Part shown: one piece after another, positions 30,051 to 40,308 of the stretch
Layout of the letters: every line of letters starts with the position of its first letter
How positions within the stretch are numbered: the stretch's first letter is position 1
DNA from: Clostridia bacterium
GTDB lineage: Bacteria; Bacillota; Clostridia; Oscillospirales; CAG-272
Direction of reading: 5' to 3'
Length of the DNA stretch: 64,000 nucleotides
NCBI GenBank assembly: GCA_017408585.1
Contig: JAFQUJ010000010.1
Location: 433 to 64,432 of the forward strand
The notes under the pieces: model-generated
Told to the model about the DNA's origin: nothing
Seen by the model: only the letters and a program-made list of their open reading frames with translations
Databases searched by the model: none
Position numbers and translations under genes: made by a program

Positions 30051-31326
30051 GATTTATAAATATGGCGAGGTGTCAAATAGCGAAATCTTCGCTCGTGATA
30101 ATATCGCATCAGGAGTTGAGGGCGTAGTTGCTGAAATTATCGCAAATGTAATCAAAAACGGTGACGAGGCGCTCCTTGAATACTCTAGAAAATTTGACAA
30201 GGCAGAGCTTAACTCTCTTGAGGTAAGCTCAGAGGAAATCGACGAGGCTTTCGCGAGCGTCGATGACGAGTTTATACAAATTCTAAGAGAGGCAGCAGAG
30301 AATATTCGCTCCTTCCATCAAAGACAGGTAAGGAACAGCTTTGTAATAAGCGAAAATGATGGTGTTGTAACAGGACAAAAGGTAATGCCAATTGAAAAGG
30401 TCGGTCTCTATGTTCCGGGTGGAACTGCCGCATATCCATCAACTGTTCTTATGGACTCTATCCCTGCTAAAATCGCAGGCTGTGCCGAAATAGTAATGGT
30501 TACTCCACCATCTAAGGATGGTAAGGTAAATCCCGTTATTTTAGCCGCTGCAAAAATTGCAGGAGTTGACAGAATATTTAAGGTAGGCGGAGCACAGGCA
30601 ATCGCAGCCCTCGCATATGGAACTAAGAGTATTCCTAAGGTTGATAAAATCGTAGGCCCGGGTAATGCATATGTTGCCGAGGCCAAAAAGCAGGTGTTTG
30701 GCAAGGTTTCAATTGATATGATTGCAGGACCTAGCGAAATACTTGTTGTCGCAGATAGCACATGTAATCCAAGCTTTGTCGCAGCAGACCTGCTCTCACA
30801 GGCCGAGCATGATAAAATGGCAAGTGCAGTGCTCGTTTGCGATAGCTACGATTTTGCTAAGCGTGTAAGCGACGAGCTGGAACGACAAATCCCAACACTT
30901 CCAAGAGCGGAAATCGCAAGATGCTCAATTGATAATAACGGAAAAATCATTGTAGCAGAGGGCAATTTAATGCTCGCAATAGATATTGCAAACGAGATAG
31001 CTCCGGAGCATCTTGAAATCTGTGTAGATAATCCGTTCGACTATCTTGACAAAATCAAGCACGCAGGCTCAATTTTTATGGGCAAGAATTGTCCCGAGGC
31101 ACTGGGAGATTACTTCGCAGGACCAAACCACACCCTTCCAACAAGTGGAACAGCAAGATTTTCAAGCGCACTTAGCGTTGATGACTTTGTAAAGAAATCT
31201 CAATTCGTTTACTATTCAAGAGAAGCACTTGGAAGAGTAGCTGATAAGGTTTCATATTTTGCTAAAAAGGAAGGACTTGACGCACACGCAAGAAGTGCAA
31301 CAATTCGCTTTGAGGATTTAAAATGA
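30043..31326 (+). CDS. hisD: Histidinol dehydrogenase
   Basis: 427 aa. Motifs YVPGGTAAYPSTVLM, GPGNAYVAEAK, SQAEHD and APEHLE. Confidence 0.92.
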   Translation: MIKIYKYGEVSNSEIFARDNIASGVEGVVAEIIANVIKNGDEALLEYSRKFDKAELNSLEVSSEEIDEAFASVDDEFIQILREAAENIRSFHQRQVRNSFVISENDGVVTGQKVMPIEKVGLYVPGGTAAYPSTVLMDSIPAKIAGCAEIVMVTPPSKDGKVNPVILAAAKIAGVDRIFKVGGAQAIAALAYGTKSIPKVDKIVGPGNAYVAEAKKQVFGKVSIDMIAGPSEILVVADSTCNPSFVAADLLSQAEHDKMASAVLVCDSYDFAKRVSDELERQIPTLPRAEIARCSIDNNGKIIVAEGNLMLAIDIANEIAPEHLEICVDNPFDYLDKIKHAGSIFMGKNCPEALGDYFAGPNHTLPTSGTARFSSALSVDDFVKKSQFVYYSREALGRVADKVSYFAKKEGLDAHARSATIRFEDLK

Positions 31327-32384
31327 GTAGATTTTTCAGTAGTAAATATTCATCACTTGAGCCATATACACCGGGTGAACAGCCAAGGGATATGAAATAT
31401 ATAAAGCTAAACACAAACGAATCCCCCTTTCCACCATCATCAGCTGTAATAGAGGCAGTAAGAGAAGAGGGTGGCAGATTACAGCTTTATAGCGACCCTG
31501 AGTGTACACCGCTTGTCGCAAAATGCGCAGAGCTCTATGGAGTAAAAAAGACACAGGTGCTTATGACAAATGGCTCTGATGAAATTCTAAACTTTGCATT
31601 TATGGCATTTTGCGATAAGGACAACCCAATCGTATTTCCTGATATCACCTATGGCTTTTATCCTGTATTTGCAGAGCTAAACGGAATTCCATATGAGCAA
31701 ATACCCTTAAGGGACGATTTTACAATTGATGTAAACGATTACATAGGAATAAATAAGAATATCGTAATTGCAAATCCTAACGCTCCAACGGGAATTGCCC
31801 TCTCACTTGATGAAATAGAAAAGATAGTAAAATCAAACCCCAATAATGTGGTTATAATTGATGAGGCTTATGTAGATTTTGGCGCTCAAAGCGCGGTAAG
31901 TCTTGTTGATAAATACGATAATTTAATAGTTACTCAAACCTTTTCAAAATCTCGCTCTCTTGCAGGAGCAAGGCTAGGCTTTGGAATTGCGTGCGAGGCG
32001 CTAATAAATGATATGAATACAATAAAGTATTCAACTAATCCATATAATGTCAATCGTATGACCATGATGGCAGGCTATATGGCACTTTGTGACAACGATT
32101 ATTATATGAATAACTGTAAAACCATAATCGAAAACAGAGCCTATACAAAGAGCGCGCTTGAAGCACTCGGCTTTGAGGTTCTTTTATCAAGCGCTAACTT
32201 CCTTTTCGCTAAAAGTGATAAAATCACAGGCGAGGAGCTATACCTTAAGCTAAAGCAAAACGGAATTTTAATCCGTCACTTTACAAAGGAAAGAATAAAG
32301 GATTTTAACAGAATTACAATAGGTACGCTTGAGCAAATGAAGATATTCATTCAAGCGACAGAAAAAATTATAAGGGAGCTTTAA
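31323..32384 (+). CDS. hisC: Histidinol-phosphate aminotransferase
   Basis: 353 aa. Motifs LNTNESPFPPS and TFSKSRSLAGARLG (PLP lysine). Confidence 0.9.
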   Translation: MSRFFSSKYSSLEPYTPGEQPRDMKYIKLNTNESPFPPSSAVIEAVREEGGRLQLYSDPECTPLVAKCAELYGVKKTQVLMTNGSDEILNFAFMAFCDKDNPIVFPDITYGFYPVFAELNGIPYEQIPLRDDFTIDVNDYIGINKNIVIANPNAPTGIALSLDEIEKIVKSNPNNVVIIDEAYVDFGAQSAVSLVDKYDNLIVTQTFSKSRSLAGARLGFGIACEALINDMNTIKYSTNPYNVNRMTMMAGYMALCDNDYYMNNCKTIIENRAYTKSALEALGFEVLLSSANFLFAKSDKITGEELYLKLKQNGILIRHFTKERIKDFNRITIGTLEQMKIFIQATEKIIREL

Positions 32385-32386
32385 AA

Positions 32387-32974
32387 ATGAGAGTATCCGA
32401 AATCAAAAGAAAAACAGGCGAAACAGATATTTGCCTAAAAATAAATCTTGATGGTAAGGGAGAGTCAAAAATAGACACAGGGTGTGGTTTTCTTGACCAT
32501 ATGCTAACCCTTTTTGCAAAGCACGCTCGATACGACCTCGAGGTTAAGTGTATTGGTGACACCAATGTTGATTACCACCACACCAGCGAGGATGTTGCAA
32601 TTTGTCTTGGCAAGGCAATCTATGATGCGCTAGGAGAAAAAAGAGGAATTCGTCGCTATGGTGACATTATTTTGCCAATGGACGAGGCACTAATTATGTG
32701 TGCTATTGATATCTCGGGCAGAGATTATCTTGGCTATGCGCTTGAAATTCCTGCATACAAGGTCGGCGATTTTGATACAGAGCTATGCGAGGAATTCTTC
32801 CGTGCCCTTGTTCGCGAGGCTAAGCTCACTCTCCACCTAAGACAAATCACAGGCGCTAATTCGCACCATATAATCGAGGGCGCATTCAAGGCAGTAGCAA
32901 GAGCCATGTCAAGCGCAACCTCAATTGACGAAAGATATGCGCTCGAAATCCCCTCAACTAAAGGAGTAATTTAA
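32387..32974 (+). CDS. hisB: Imidazoleglycerol-phosphate dehydratase
   Basis: 195 aa. Motifs RKTGETDI, GCGFLDHML, DYHHTSEDV and NSHHIIEGAFKA. Confidence 0.92.
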   Translation: MRVSEIKRKTGETDICLKINLDGKGESKIDTGCGFLDHMLTLFAKHARYDLEVKCIGDTNVDYHHTSEDVAICLGKAIYDALGEKRGIRRYGDIILPMDEALIMCAIDISGRDYLGYALEIPAYKVGDFDTELCEEFFRALVREAKLTLHLRQITGANSHHIIEGAFKAVARAMSSATSIDERYALEIPSTKGVI

Positions 32975-32978
32975 TAAC

Positions 32979-33599
32979 ATGATAGCCGTAATAGATTATG
33001 GCGTCGGCAATCTCTTTTCACTTAGCTCATCTCTTGATATGATAGGCGCAAAAAGCGTAATCACATCAGATGCAGAGCAAATAAGGAAAGCAGATAAAAT
33101 CATCTTGCCGGGAGTTGGCGCATTTGCCGATGCTATAAAAAAGCTTCGTGAAAAGGGTCTTGATAAGCTCATAATAGACGAGGCAAAAAAAGGCAAGCCA
33201 ATTATGGGCATATGCCTTGGAATGCAGCTTTTATTTGAAAAAAGCTATGAATATGGAGAGCATACAGGACTTGGTCTTTTAAAAGGAAGCGTAGTTCCTA
33301 TGCAGGGAATAATTCCAACAGAGCTTAAAATTCCACACATAGGCTGGAATGCCCTTCATATAAAAGCAAAGCACCCAATTTTTAAATACATAAAAGAGAA
33401 TGACTATGTGTATTTTGTGCACTCATATTTTGCAACAGATTGTGAGGATAGCCTTCTGGCAACAACTGAATATGGAGCAGAGTTAACCTCTGCTGTGGCA
33501 CTTGATAATGTAACAGGCTGTCAATTCCACCCCGAAAAAAGTGGAGATATAGGACTTAGCATACTAAGGGCATTTGATGAGTGGGAGGCTACAAAATGA
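32979..33599 (+). CDS. hisH: Imidazole glycerol phosphate synthase, glutaminase subunit
   Basis: 206 aa. Motifs DYGVGNL, GICLGMQLL (catalytic Cys) and FHPEKSG. Confidence 0.92.
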   Translation: MIAVIDYGVGNLFSLSSSLDMIGAKSVITSDAEQIRKADKIILPGVGAFADAIKKLREKGLDKLIIDEAKKGKPIMGICLGMQLLFEKSYEYGEHTGLGLLKGSVVPMQGIIPTELKIPHIGWNALHIKAKHPIFKYIKENDYVYFVHSYFATDCEDSLLATTEYGAELTSAVALDNVTGCQFHPEKSGDIGLSILRAFDEWEATK

Positions 33600-34309
33600 A
33601 TATTTTTCCCGCAATAGACCTCTTTGATAAAAAGGCGGTTCGTCTTTTTAAGGGCGACTATAATCAAATGACAATATATAGCGAAAATCCAATCGAAATC
33701 GCTCGCGATTTTGAGGCGCAGGGCGCGAAATTCATACACATGGTTGACCTAGAGGGCGCAAAGGATGGCACAACACCCAATCTTGAAATTGTCGCTCAGG
33801 TGGCGCGCGAAACAGGACTTTTTGTTGAAATCGGTGGCGGAATTCGCTCAATGGAAACACTCAAAAAATATTTTGATGCAGGAGTTGAGCGCGCAATTTT
33901 AGGCACAGTTGCCGTAACAAACGAGGAGTTTTTAAAGGAAGCAATCAGCACCTATGGCGATAAAATAGCAGTTGGTGCAGATGTTAAGGATGGCTATATT
34001 GCAATCAAGGGCTGGCTTGAAAAATCCACATTCACCCTTGACGCCTTCTTCGCAAAAATGCAAGAGCTAGGCGTAAAAACCATAATTTGCACCGATATTT
34101 CAAAGGATGGCGCTATGCGTGGCACTAACCTTGAAATGTACGCCGAGCTTTCAAAAAAATATTCCGTTGACATAGTTGCGTCGGGAGGAGTATCTACAAT
34201 TAGCGATATTGAACAGCTAAGAAAAATGAACCTCTATGGCGCAATAATAGGAAAGGCGTACTACACAGGCGCAATAAATCTAAGAGAAGCAATCGAGGTG
34301 GCGAAATGA
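33596..34309 (+). CDS. hisA: ProFAR isomerase
   Basis: 237 aa from ATG 33596 (ATGA overlap with hisH). Motifs IFPAIDL, VRLFKGDY, HMVDLEGA and SGGVS. Confidence 0.9.
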   Translation: MNIFPAIDLFDKKAVRLFKGDYNQMTIYSENPIEIARDFEAQGAKFIHMVDLEGAKDGTTPNLEIVAQVARETGLFVEIGGGIRSMETLKKYFDAGVERAILGTVAVTNEEFLKEAISTYGDKIAVGADVKDGYIAIKGWLEKSTFTLDAFFAKMQELGVKTIICTDISKDGAMRGTNLEMYAELSKKYSVDIVASGGVSTISDIEQLRKMNLYGAIIGKAYYTGAINLREAIEVAK

Positions 34310-35064
34310 TAACAAAAAGAATTATTCCGTGCCTTGATGTTAAGGACGGACGAGTTGTAAAGGGCGTGAATTTTCTAGGACTTGCCGATGTTTCATCGCC
34401 TGTCAAGCTCGCAAAATTTTACTCTGAGAGTGGCGCTGACGAGCTTGTGTTTTATGACATAACCGCAAGCGCGGAGGGAAGAGCGCTGTTCACCGACATT
34501 CTAAGAGAGGTCGCAAAAACAATATTTATTCCACTCACCGTCGGTGGTGGCATAAATTCTGTCGAGGACTTTGATAGAGTGCTTAAATGTGGCGCTGATA
34601 AGGTTAGCGTAAATTCAGGTGCTATAAGAAACCCCGAGCTGATTTCTCTTGCCGCCCAAAAATATGGAAATCAATGTGTTGTCATATCAGCCGATATAAA
34701 AAGAGTTGATGGCACATTTAGAGTTTTCGCTAAGGGCGGACGCGAGGATACAGGAATGGAGGCAATCTCGTGGATTAAAAAATGCGTCGCAAATGGCGCA
34801 GGCGAGGTTGTTGTAAATTCCATTGATACCGATGGCGTAAAGCGTGGCTTCGACATAGAAATGCTAAAGGCTGTAAGAGAGGCTGTAAATGTTCCTGTAA
34901 TCGCATCTGGCGGTGCTGGCTGTATTCAGGATTTTGTAACTCTCTTTAAGGAAATTCCCGATATGGATGCGGGGCTTGCCGCATCAATCTTCCATTTTGG
35001 AGAGGTTCAAATTAGCGACCTAAAAAGAGAGCTCGCTGAAAACGACATAATAGTGAGGTTGTAA
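34306..35064 (+). CDS. hisF: Imidazole glycerol phosphate synthase, cyclase subunit
   Basis: 252 aa. Motifs RIIPCLDVKDGRVVKG, PLTVGGGI and VIASGGAG. Confidence 0.93.
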   Translation: MITKRIIPCLDVKDGRVVKGVNFLGLADVSSPVKLAKFYSESGADELVFYDITASAEGRALFTDILREVAKTIFIPLTVGGGINSVEDFDRVLKCGADKVSVNSGAIRNPELISLAAQKYGNQCVVISADIKRVDGTFRVFAKGGREDTGMEAISWIKKCVANGAGEVVVNSIDTDGVKRGFDIEMLKAVREAVNVPVIASGGAGCIQDFVTLFKEIPDMDAGLAASIFHFGEVQISDLKRELAENDIIVRL

Positions 35065-35066
35065 AA

Positions 35067-35717
35067 ATGATTAATATAGATGAACTAAAATTTGACGAAA
35101 AGGGACTAATTCCCGCCGTTGTTGTTGATAGCATCACAAAAGAGGTGCTAACAGTAGCATATATGAACAAGGAAAGCCTTCAAATTTCAATGGAAAAGGG
35201 CTTGACATGCTTTTATAGCAGATCAAGACAGGAGCTTTGGCTAAAGGGCGAAACAAGTGGAAATTATCAGCACATCGTGTCAATTACCGCCGATTGCGAT
35301 AATGACGCGCTTGTAGTAGTTGTTGAAAAGGACGGTCCGGCTTGCCATACAGGCACAAGCTCTTGCTTTACAAGACCTGTATATCAAAGCCCGGAGCTTC
35401 ACGAGTTTACTCTCCAAGGGCTTTACGACCTTCTTGTAGGACGCAAGAACGATCGCCCCGAGGGCTCATATACAACATATCTGTTCGACAAGGGAATTGA
35501 TAAAATTCTTAAAAAGGTTGGCGAGGAATGCACTGAGGTAATTATAGCCGGCAAGGCTGACGATAAGGCAGAAACTATTTATGAAATTGCTGACCTTGCA
35601 TATCATGTAATGGTGCTTATGGTTCAAATGGGAATTAGCGTTGAGGAAATTCATCGTGAGCTTGCATCAAGACACATAATCGACCACAAGGTGAAGCAGG
35701 AGAAGATGACACAATGA
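35067..35717 (+). CDS. hisIE: Bifunctional phosphoribosyl-AMP cyclohydrolase / phosphoribosyl-ATP pyrophosphatase
   Basis: 216 aa. HisI part: GLIPAVVVD, YSRSRQELWLKGETSG and CDNDALV. HisE part: SYTTYLF, KVGEECTEV and EIADLAYHVMVLM. Confidence 0.9.
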   Translation: MINIDELKFDEKGLIPAVVVDSITKEVLTVAYMNKESLQISMEKGLTCFYSRSRQELWLKGETSGNYQHIVSITADCDNDALVVVVEKDGPACHTGTSSCFTRPVYQSPELHEFTLQGLYDLLVGRKNDRPEGSYTTYLFDKGIDKILKKVGEECTEVIIAGKADDKAETIYEIADLAYHVMVLMVQMGISVEEIHRELASRHIIDHKVKQEKMTQ

Positions 35718-36517
35718 TTAAGCTATCAACCTATCATCTTCATACCACCTTCAGCGACGGAGAATTCCCACCTGCCGAAATGATTCGCGTGGCGATAAAT
35801 TTTAAGTGTAAGGAAATTGGCTTTAGCGACCACGCACCCATGGACTTTGATTGCTGTTGGAGTATGAAAAAGGAAGAAATTCCTGACTATGTATCTGTAA
35901 TAGAGGCTCTTCGAGAGGAGAAGAAGGAGCAAATCAAGGTTTATCTAGGAATAGAGCAGGATTATTTTTCTCCCGAGCCCACCTTCAAGCCCGACTATAT
36001 TATCGGCTCGGTTCATTACATCTTGAAGGACGGACATTATCTTGAAATAGATAAAAGCGCCGAGGTAATGAAAAATAATATAGATACCTATTATAATGGC
36101 GATGTTTACGCATATTGCGAGGACTATTACGCTCTTGTTGCCGATATCTATAATAAAACCCAATGCGATATTATCGGTCATTTTGACCTCGTTACAAAGT
36201 TTAATGAGAAAATGCCTATAATAGACACCTCTCACCCAAGATATGTAAATGCAGTAAATAAAGCAATCGAGGCGTTAATAAAAACTCCTGCCACCTTTGA
36301 AATTAATACAGGAGCAATCGCAAGAGGATATCGCACAAAGCCATATCCCAGCGAGGAAATAATTTTACAGCTAAGAGATATGGGCGAGGTGTTCGTTTTA
36401 AATTCAGATACTCATACAGATTATACGATAACCTATAATCTCAACGAATACGCAAGAATTTTCGATAAAATGGGCATAAAATATATAAAATCCCTTGAAG
36501 AAATTCTACAAAAATAA
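35714..36517 (+). CDS. hisK: Histidinol phosphatase, PHP family
   Basis: 267 aa. Begins YHLHTTFSDGE, with later FSDHAP and GHFD motifs. It is the last gene of the his operon. Confidence 0.8.
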   Translation: MIKLSTYHLHTTFSDGEFPPAEMIRVAINFKCKEIGFSDHAPMDFDCCWSMKKEEIPDYVSVIEALREEKKEQIKVYLGIEQDYFSPEPTFKPDYIIGSVHYILKDGHYLEIDKSAEVMKNNIDTYYNGDVYAYCEDYYALVADIYNKTQCDIIGHFDLVTKFNEKMPIIDTSHPRYVNAVNKAIEALIKTPATFEINTGAIARGYRTKPYPSEEIILQLRDMGEVFVLNSDTHTDYTITYNLNEYARIFDKMGIKYIKSLEEILQK

Positions 36518-36528
36518 TTGAAGCTATT

Positions 36529-36562
36529 AAAAGAGGCTGTTGCATTTGCAACAGCCTCTTTT
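36529..36562. terminator. Bidirectional terminator between the his operon and the convergent acyltransferase operon
   Basis: AAAAGAGGCTGTTGCA / TGCAACAGCCTCTTTT, a 16-bp near-perfect stem. Confidence 0.8.
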
Positions 36563-36566
36563 ATCT

Positions 36567-37424
36567 TTAAATTGTTAAATCAACCTCATAATCTCCATAA
36601 GATACGGGAATACCATAAATTTCCTCGTACTTTTCATGGCATACACGCTTGTTGTAATCGTGCATGAGCCTTGCGTTTTCACGCACCGTCTTTGTAGGAT
36701 CGGGATAGATCGGCTTCATTATGTGAATTGTGTATTTTAGGTCAGGATAACCATTTTCACCCCTTGTGCCCATCTTAGAAAATGTCACAAAGCAGGGAAT
36801 TACAGGGACATTATTCTTTGACGCATAATGAAATGCTCCTATGCGATATTCTCTTGGCTTCGGATAGTTCCACCACATAGCTTGCTCAGGATAAACGAGA
36901 ACAAAATCGCCTTTTTTTACAATTGTCGAAATAGCCTTATCGAGCTTTTGCATTGTATGCAAATTAGAGCTTATTGGAAGTGTGCGACAATTTTTCAAAA
37001 GAAAGCCGATAATGCCGGGCATAAAATAGTTGCCCTCGCGAATAACCTTCCAAAACTTATGCTTTTTCTTTGTTTTCTCGCTAGCAATCTTAACAGCAAG
37101 ATTTTCAAATATAGAGAAGTGATTGCTAGTGATAATAGCGCCACCTGTGATGTCACGAATGTTTTCAGCACCCTCAACTGTAATATCGAACTTCTTTTTT
37201 ACAACCCTTTGTGCAAACCATTCGATAATTCTTGCAAAAAAGCACTTTATCTTAGATGATAGCTTTTTGTTTAGATAATCAACCTCGTCGGGCATAATTG
37301 TCCTTGATGGCGGATCGTTCTCGACATCTAAAAAGAAGCTCTCGCCACCCTCGGCCTCGTATTTCTTTATCTTTTCAACGACCTCGACACGATCCGGTGC
37401 GAGAACAATATCGTTTTCACTCAT
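36567..37424 (-). CDS. Lysophospholipid/glycerol-phosphate acyltransferase family protein (PlsC-like)
   Basis: 285 aa. The acyltransferase block I variant NHFSIFE has Glu where the HX4D Asp normally sits. Also has a later VYPE block (VLVYPEQAMW). Confidence 0.6.
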   Translation of the reverse strand: MSENDIVLAPDRVEVVEKIKKYEAEGGESFFLDVENDPPSRTIMPDEVDYLNKKLSSKIKCFFARIIEWFAQRVVKKKFDITVEGAENIRDITGGAIITSNHFSIFENLAVKIASEKTKKKHKFWKVIREGNYFMPGIIGFLLKNCRTLPISSNLHTMQKLDKAISTIVKKGDFVLVYPEQAMWWNYPKPREYRIGAFHYASKNNVPVIPCFVTFSKMGTRGENGYPDLKYTIHIMKPIYPDPTKTVRENARLMHDYNKRVCHEKYEEIYGIPVSYGDYEVDLTI

Positions 37425-37427
37425 AAA

Positions 37428-38369
37428 TTATTCACCCTTTTTATCAAAGATAATTTTCTTGAAATTGTAGTCACTTTCAATTATTCTCACCATGCTGTTG
37501 CAAAGCTCCTCAACGCCCTTTTCCTGCGCTAGTGCCTCTTCCTCGGTGAAGCTCTCCTTAACCGATAGCGCGTGAGCGTAAAACTCAGTTTTCGAGGCAT
37601 ATTCCCAGAAATACTCTCCATAAGGAACTCCGTCCATTTGCCATGGCTTGTTGAACATATTGTAGTGAATTATATCGGGCACGCCCTCGTAATCCATATC
37701 AACACTCATCTTGTTCCAACCAATGCTAAGGTGTAAAACCTTGCCATAGCAAAGAACATTGAGATAATCTTGATCAGGACAAACCACCTCAAAATGATAG
37801 GTGTTAAAGGTGTCAACGAATTGATTTTCGAGCCCTACCTCACGCATAAGAGAGAGATTCATTAAAAGCATACCTGAGTTAAAATATTCAGAAAAATGTA
37901 CGCCAACGCCTAAGGTTGCGTAATTCTTAAATAGCTCTCTTGAATAGATAACCTGGTCTTTTGTAGCTCCAACCAAACTGTCGCCTAAATCAACCTCGTA
38001 AAGCTTTGAAATATCGCTTAAAACAACCATATCGGAGTCAAGGTAAATTCCCTTATCGTATTGTGGAAATAGCTCGGGAATAAAAATTCTAAAATAAATC
38101 GCAGCCGTGTAGTAATCACGAAGGTTGAGCGCAACGCTGAATTTTTTCATCTGCTCGGTTACATCAACAAATGAGATTGTAGCATTGTCACGCTCAAGAC
38201 GCTTTATGGTGCTTTTATACTCGTCGCAAAGTCCCATATTCAAAACATATATTTCGTATAGATAGTCCTTGCTTGCGTTTTCTAAAAGAGAATATATAGT
38301 AATTCCCGCAAAGGGCGCATATTTGTCATCGCAGGAGAAGAATATTGGTATAATTTTTTTATCGTTCAT
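37428..38369 (-). CDS. Glycosyltransferase family 8
   Basis: 313 aa. Motifs IPIFFSCDDKYAPFAGITIYS, the DxD motif YLDSDMVV and the GT8-type FNSGMLLMNL. Confidence 0.75.
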   Translation of the reverse strand: MNDKKIIPIFFSCDDKYAPFAGITIYSLLENASKDYLYEIYVLNMGLCDEYKSTIKRLERDNATISFVDVTEQMKKFSVALNLRDYYTAAIYFRIFIPELFPQYDKGIYLDSDMVVLSDISKLYEVDLGDSLVGATKDQVIYSRELFKNYATLGVGVHFSEYFNSGMLLMNLSLMREVGLENQFVDTFNTYHFEVVCPDQDYLNVLCYGKVLHLSIGWNKMSVDMDYEGVPDIIHYNMFNKPWQMDGVPYGEYFWEYASKTEFYAHALSVKESFTEEEALAQEKGVEELCNSMVRIIESDYNFKKIIFDKKGE

Positions 38370-39224
38370 TTAAATTTCCTCGCTAAATCGTCTTTTGAGC
38401 GATATGTAATCATTTAAAATATCGTCGTATTTGTGTGTTAGCTCGCCCATAACCTTGTCTGTGTGCCAGGGCTTAATATTTTTGGTGTAGAAGAAAGGAA
38501 AAAACGGATGCCAAATTATCGTCATAGAGAAGTGCTGAATAACTGTGTCATCTCTAAAATGCTTTTGCTCGTTAAATTTCCTTTTTAAAATAAGCTTTTT
38601 CTTAACATAAAGATTGATTGCGGTCTGGTCAGGTAAAAAGGTCTTTTTCCTTGCCAATCTCGCAATACATTTCTTAAATAAGCCACTTCCGCGAATTTTA
38701 TCAAGATTAAGTAAAAGCACGCCCGAATTCAAATATCTGCGCATACAACGAATGCCCATAAATATCTTGCCATAATGGTCGAGCACGCCCGCAAGCTCAT
38801 AGTCACTTATGTCCGTGTCCCAAAGCTCCGAAATATCCCCTGCAATCACCGTATCCGTGTCAAGATAAAGCACCTTTGATGGTACATCAAGCTCGTCAAG
38901 GAAAAGCCGAATGAGTGCATATGGCGTGTACGAATCGCCATTTGGACACTCTAAAAGAGTGGCGCGGTATTGATTTGTTGTGTCGATTATCATAACTCGA
39001 CTAAGAGGATTTTCCTTTTGACAAAGCTCCTCTAAAAAGGATCTTTGACGCTCATTTATTGGCGTAAACCTCTCGTCAAGTTCCGAAAGCGACATAGTAA
39101 GAATGTAAATGTCAAACGGATTTTTGTTGTGCTTGATAAGTGAAAGAACAGAGATTAGAACGCCATCAAAGATGCCCTCATTTCCGGCATAAACAACGGA
39201 AATTCGCTTTTCTAAATTACTCAC
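38370..39224 (-). CDS. Glycosyltransferase family 8 (second paralogue)
   Basis: 284 aa with a GTG start at 39224 (RBS AGAGGTGA). Motifs YLDTDTVI (DxD) and LNSGVLLLNL. Overlaps the upstream gene by 8 nt. Confidence 0.7.
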   Translation of the reverse strand: MSNLEKRISVVYAGNEGIFDGVLISVLSLIKHNKNPFDIYILTMSLSELDERFTPINERQRSFLEELCQKENPLSRVMIIDTTNQYRATLLECPNGDSYTPYALIRLFLDELDVPSKVLYLDTDTVIAGDISELWDTDISDYELAGVLDHYGKIFMGIRCMRRYLNSGVLLLNLDKIRGSGLFKKCIARLARKKTFLPDQTAINLYVKKKLILKRKFNEQKHFRDDTVIQHFSMTIIWHPFFPFFYTKNIKPWHTDKVMGELTHKYDDILNDYISLKRRFSEEI

Positions 39225-39999
39225 TCATATCACCTCTTTTTAAATATCGTATCACCTCGTAGGTGCTAAGCTTAGCCCTCTCACGCATAACCTCGTAAAC
39301 CTCATCGCGAAGCTTCTTCTGCGCCACCTTGGTGGGCAAGCTCTTGCCATACATAAATGGCCCATCAATGTAAACCGTCACCTTGGGAGTCTTTCCAAGC
39401 TTCCTTTTTTGAAAGGTTGTAACAGAAGTGAACACAGGAGTATCTAGCTTGATAGGATAAGAAAAGGCTGTGTCGGCAAAATCTCTTATAAAGGTGCAAT
39501 AAGGCCAAACATGCGCCTCGGGATAAATACAAATGCAAGCGCCTTCATCAACTCTTTTCTTGATAGTGTTAAGAAAGGGTCGAAAGCCACTAAATTCCGT
39601 TGGAACAGGGATTGCCCCGCACATTTGAATGAAATTCTTAGTGCCCTTAGTCGATAGATTGTCAGCGTGAACAATCACATAAGAGCGCTTTAGATAGTTA
39701 ATCACATTTGGAATAAAGGCATCACCGGCAAGTAGCGTGTGATTAGAGAAGAGAAAATAACCTTGCTTTTTAAATGGCTTTAGCTTTTCCTTGCCCTTGA
39801 TTTTAAGAGAAAATTTCAGCTTGCACCACAAAAACGCAACGGGCTTCATAATCACTCGATAAACAACAAATGATAACGCTCTCCAAATTGGATTTTTGTG
39901 AACATAAGGAAAGGACGAATCGATTTTAATAGTGTTTTTTTCAATACCCGCAAGCTCGTCGCTCTCAGCATCATAATAAACAATTTTAGGCTCGCTCAT
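39217..39999 (-). CDS. Acyltransferase family protein (PlsC-like), first gene of the operon
   Basis: 260 aa with a strong RBS AAGGAGGA. Motifs FSNHTLLAGDAF (H..D block with one extra residue) and IYPEAHVW (block III-like). Confidence 0.6.
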   Translation of the reverse strand: MSEPKIVYYDAESDELAGIEKNTIKIDSSFPYVHKNPIWRALSFVVYRVIMKPVAFLWCKLKFSLKIKGKEKLKPFKKQGYFLFSNHTLLAGDAFIPNVINYLKRSYVIVHADNLSTKGTKNFIQMCGAIPVPTEFSGFRPFLNTIKKRVDEGACICIYPEAHVWPYCTFIRDFADTAFSYPIKLDTPVFTSVTTFQKRKLGKTPKVTVYIDGPFMYGKSLPTKVAQKKLRDEVYEVMRERAKLSTYEVIRYLKRGDMSE

Positions 40000-40154
40000 C
40001 TTATTCCTCCTTAAATTTTAGGAATGCCCCGAAAACGACAAAGCTCGCAGATGGCAATCCTCGATATTATATTATCAAAAAGCAGAGGTAAATAAAAGGA
40101 CATTTCAAAAAATTGTATCTAAACTTTTTTTCGTGCGCTCTCAAATAACGAGAA

Positions 40155-40181
40155 GCCAACTCTCAAAAAATGAGAATTGGC
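40155..40181. promoter_or_regulatory. Inverted repeat IR1 (candidate operator)
   Basis: GCCAACTCTCA-AAAAA-TGAGAATTGGC. Shares the core CAAYTCTCA...TGAGARTTG with IR2. Confidence 0.4.
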
Positions 40182-40201
40182 TAAAATAAAGGCAAAAGGG
40201 G

Positions 40202-40230
40202 TTGATTTTTCTTGCACACGGGTGTATAAT
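40202..40230 (+). promoter_or_regulatory. Sigma-A-type promoter for the XRE-membrane regulator gene
   Basis: TTGATT (40202-40207), a 17-nt spacer, then TATAAT (40225-40230). Confidence 0.5.
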
Positions 40231-40308
40231 ATTAAAAAGGCAATCAAACAAATTTTCAAAAAACATTCAAAAAGAATCTAAAAAATCTCAAAAAACACGC
40301 TCGAAAAT

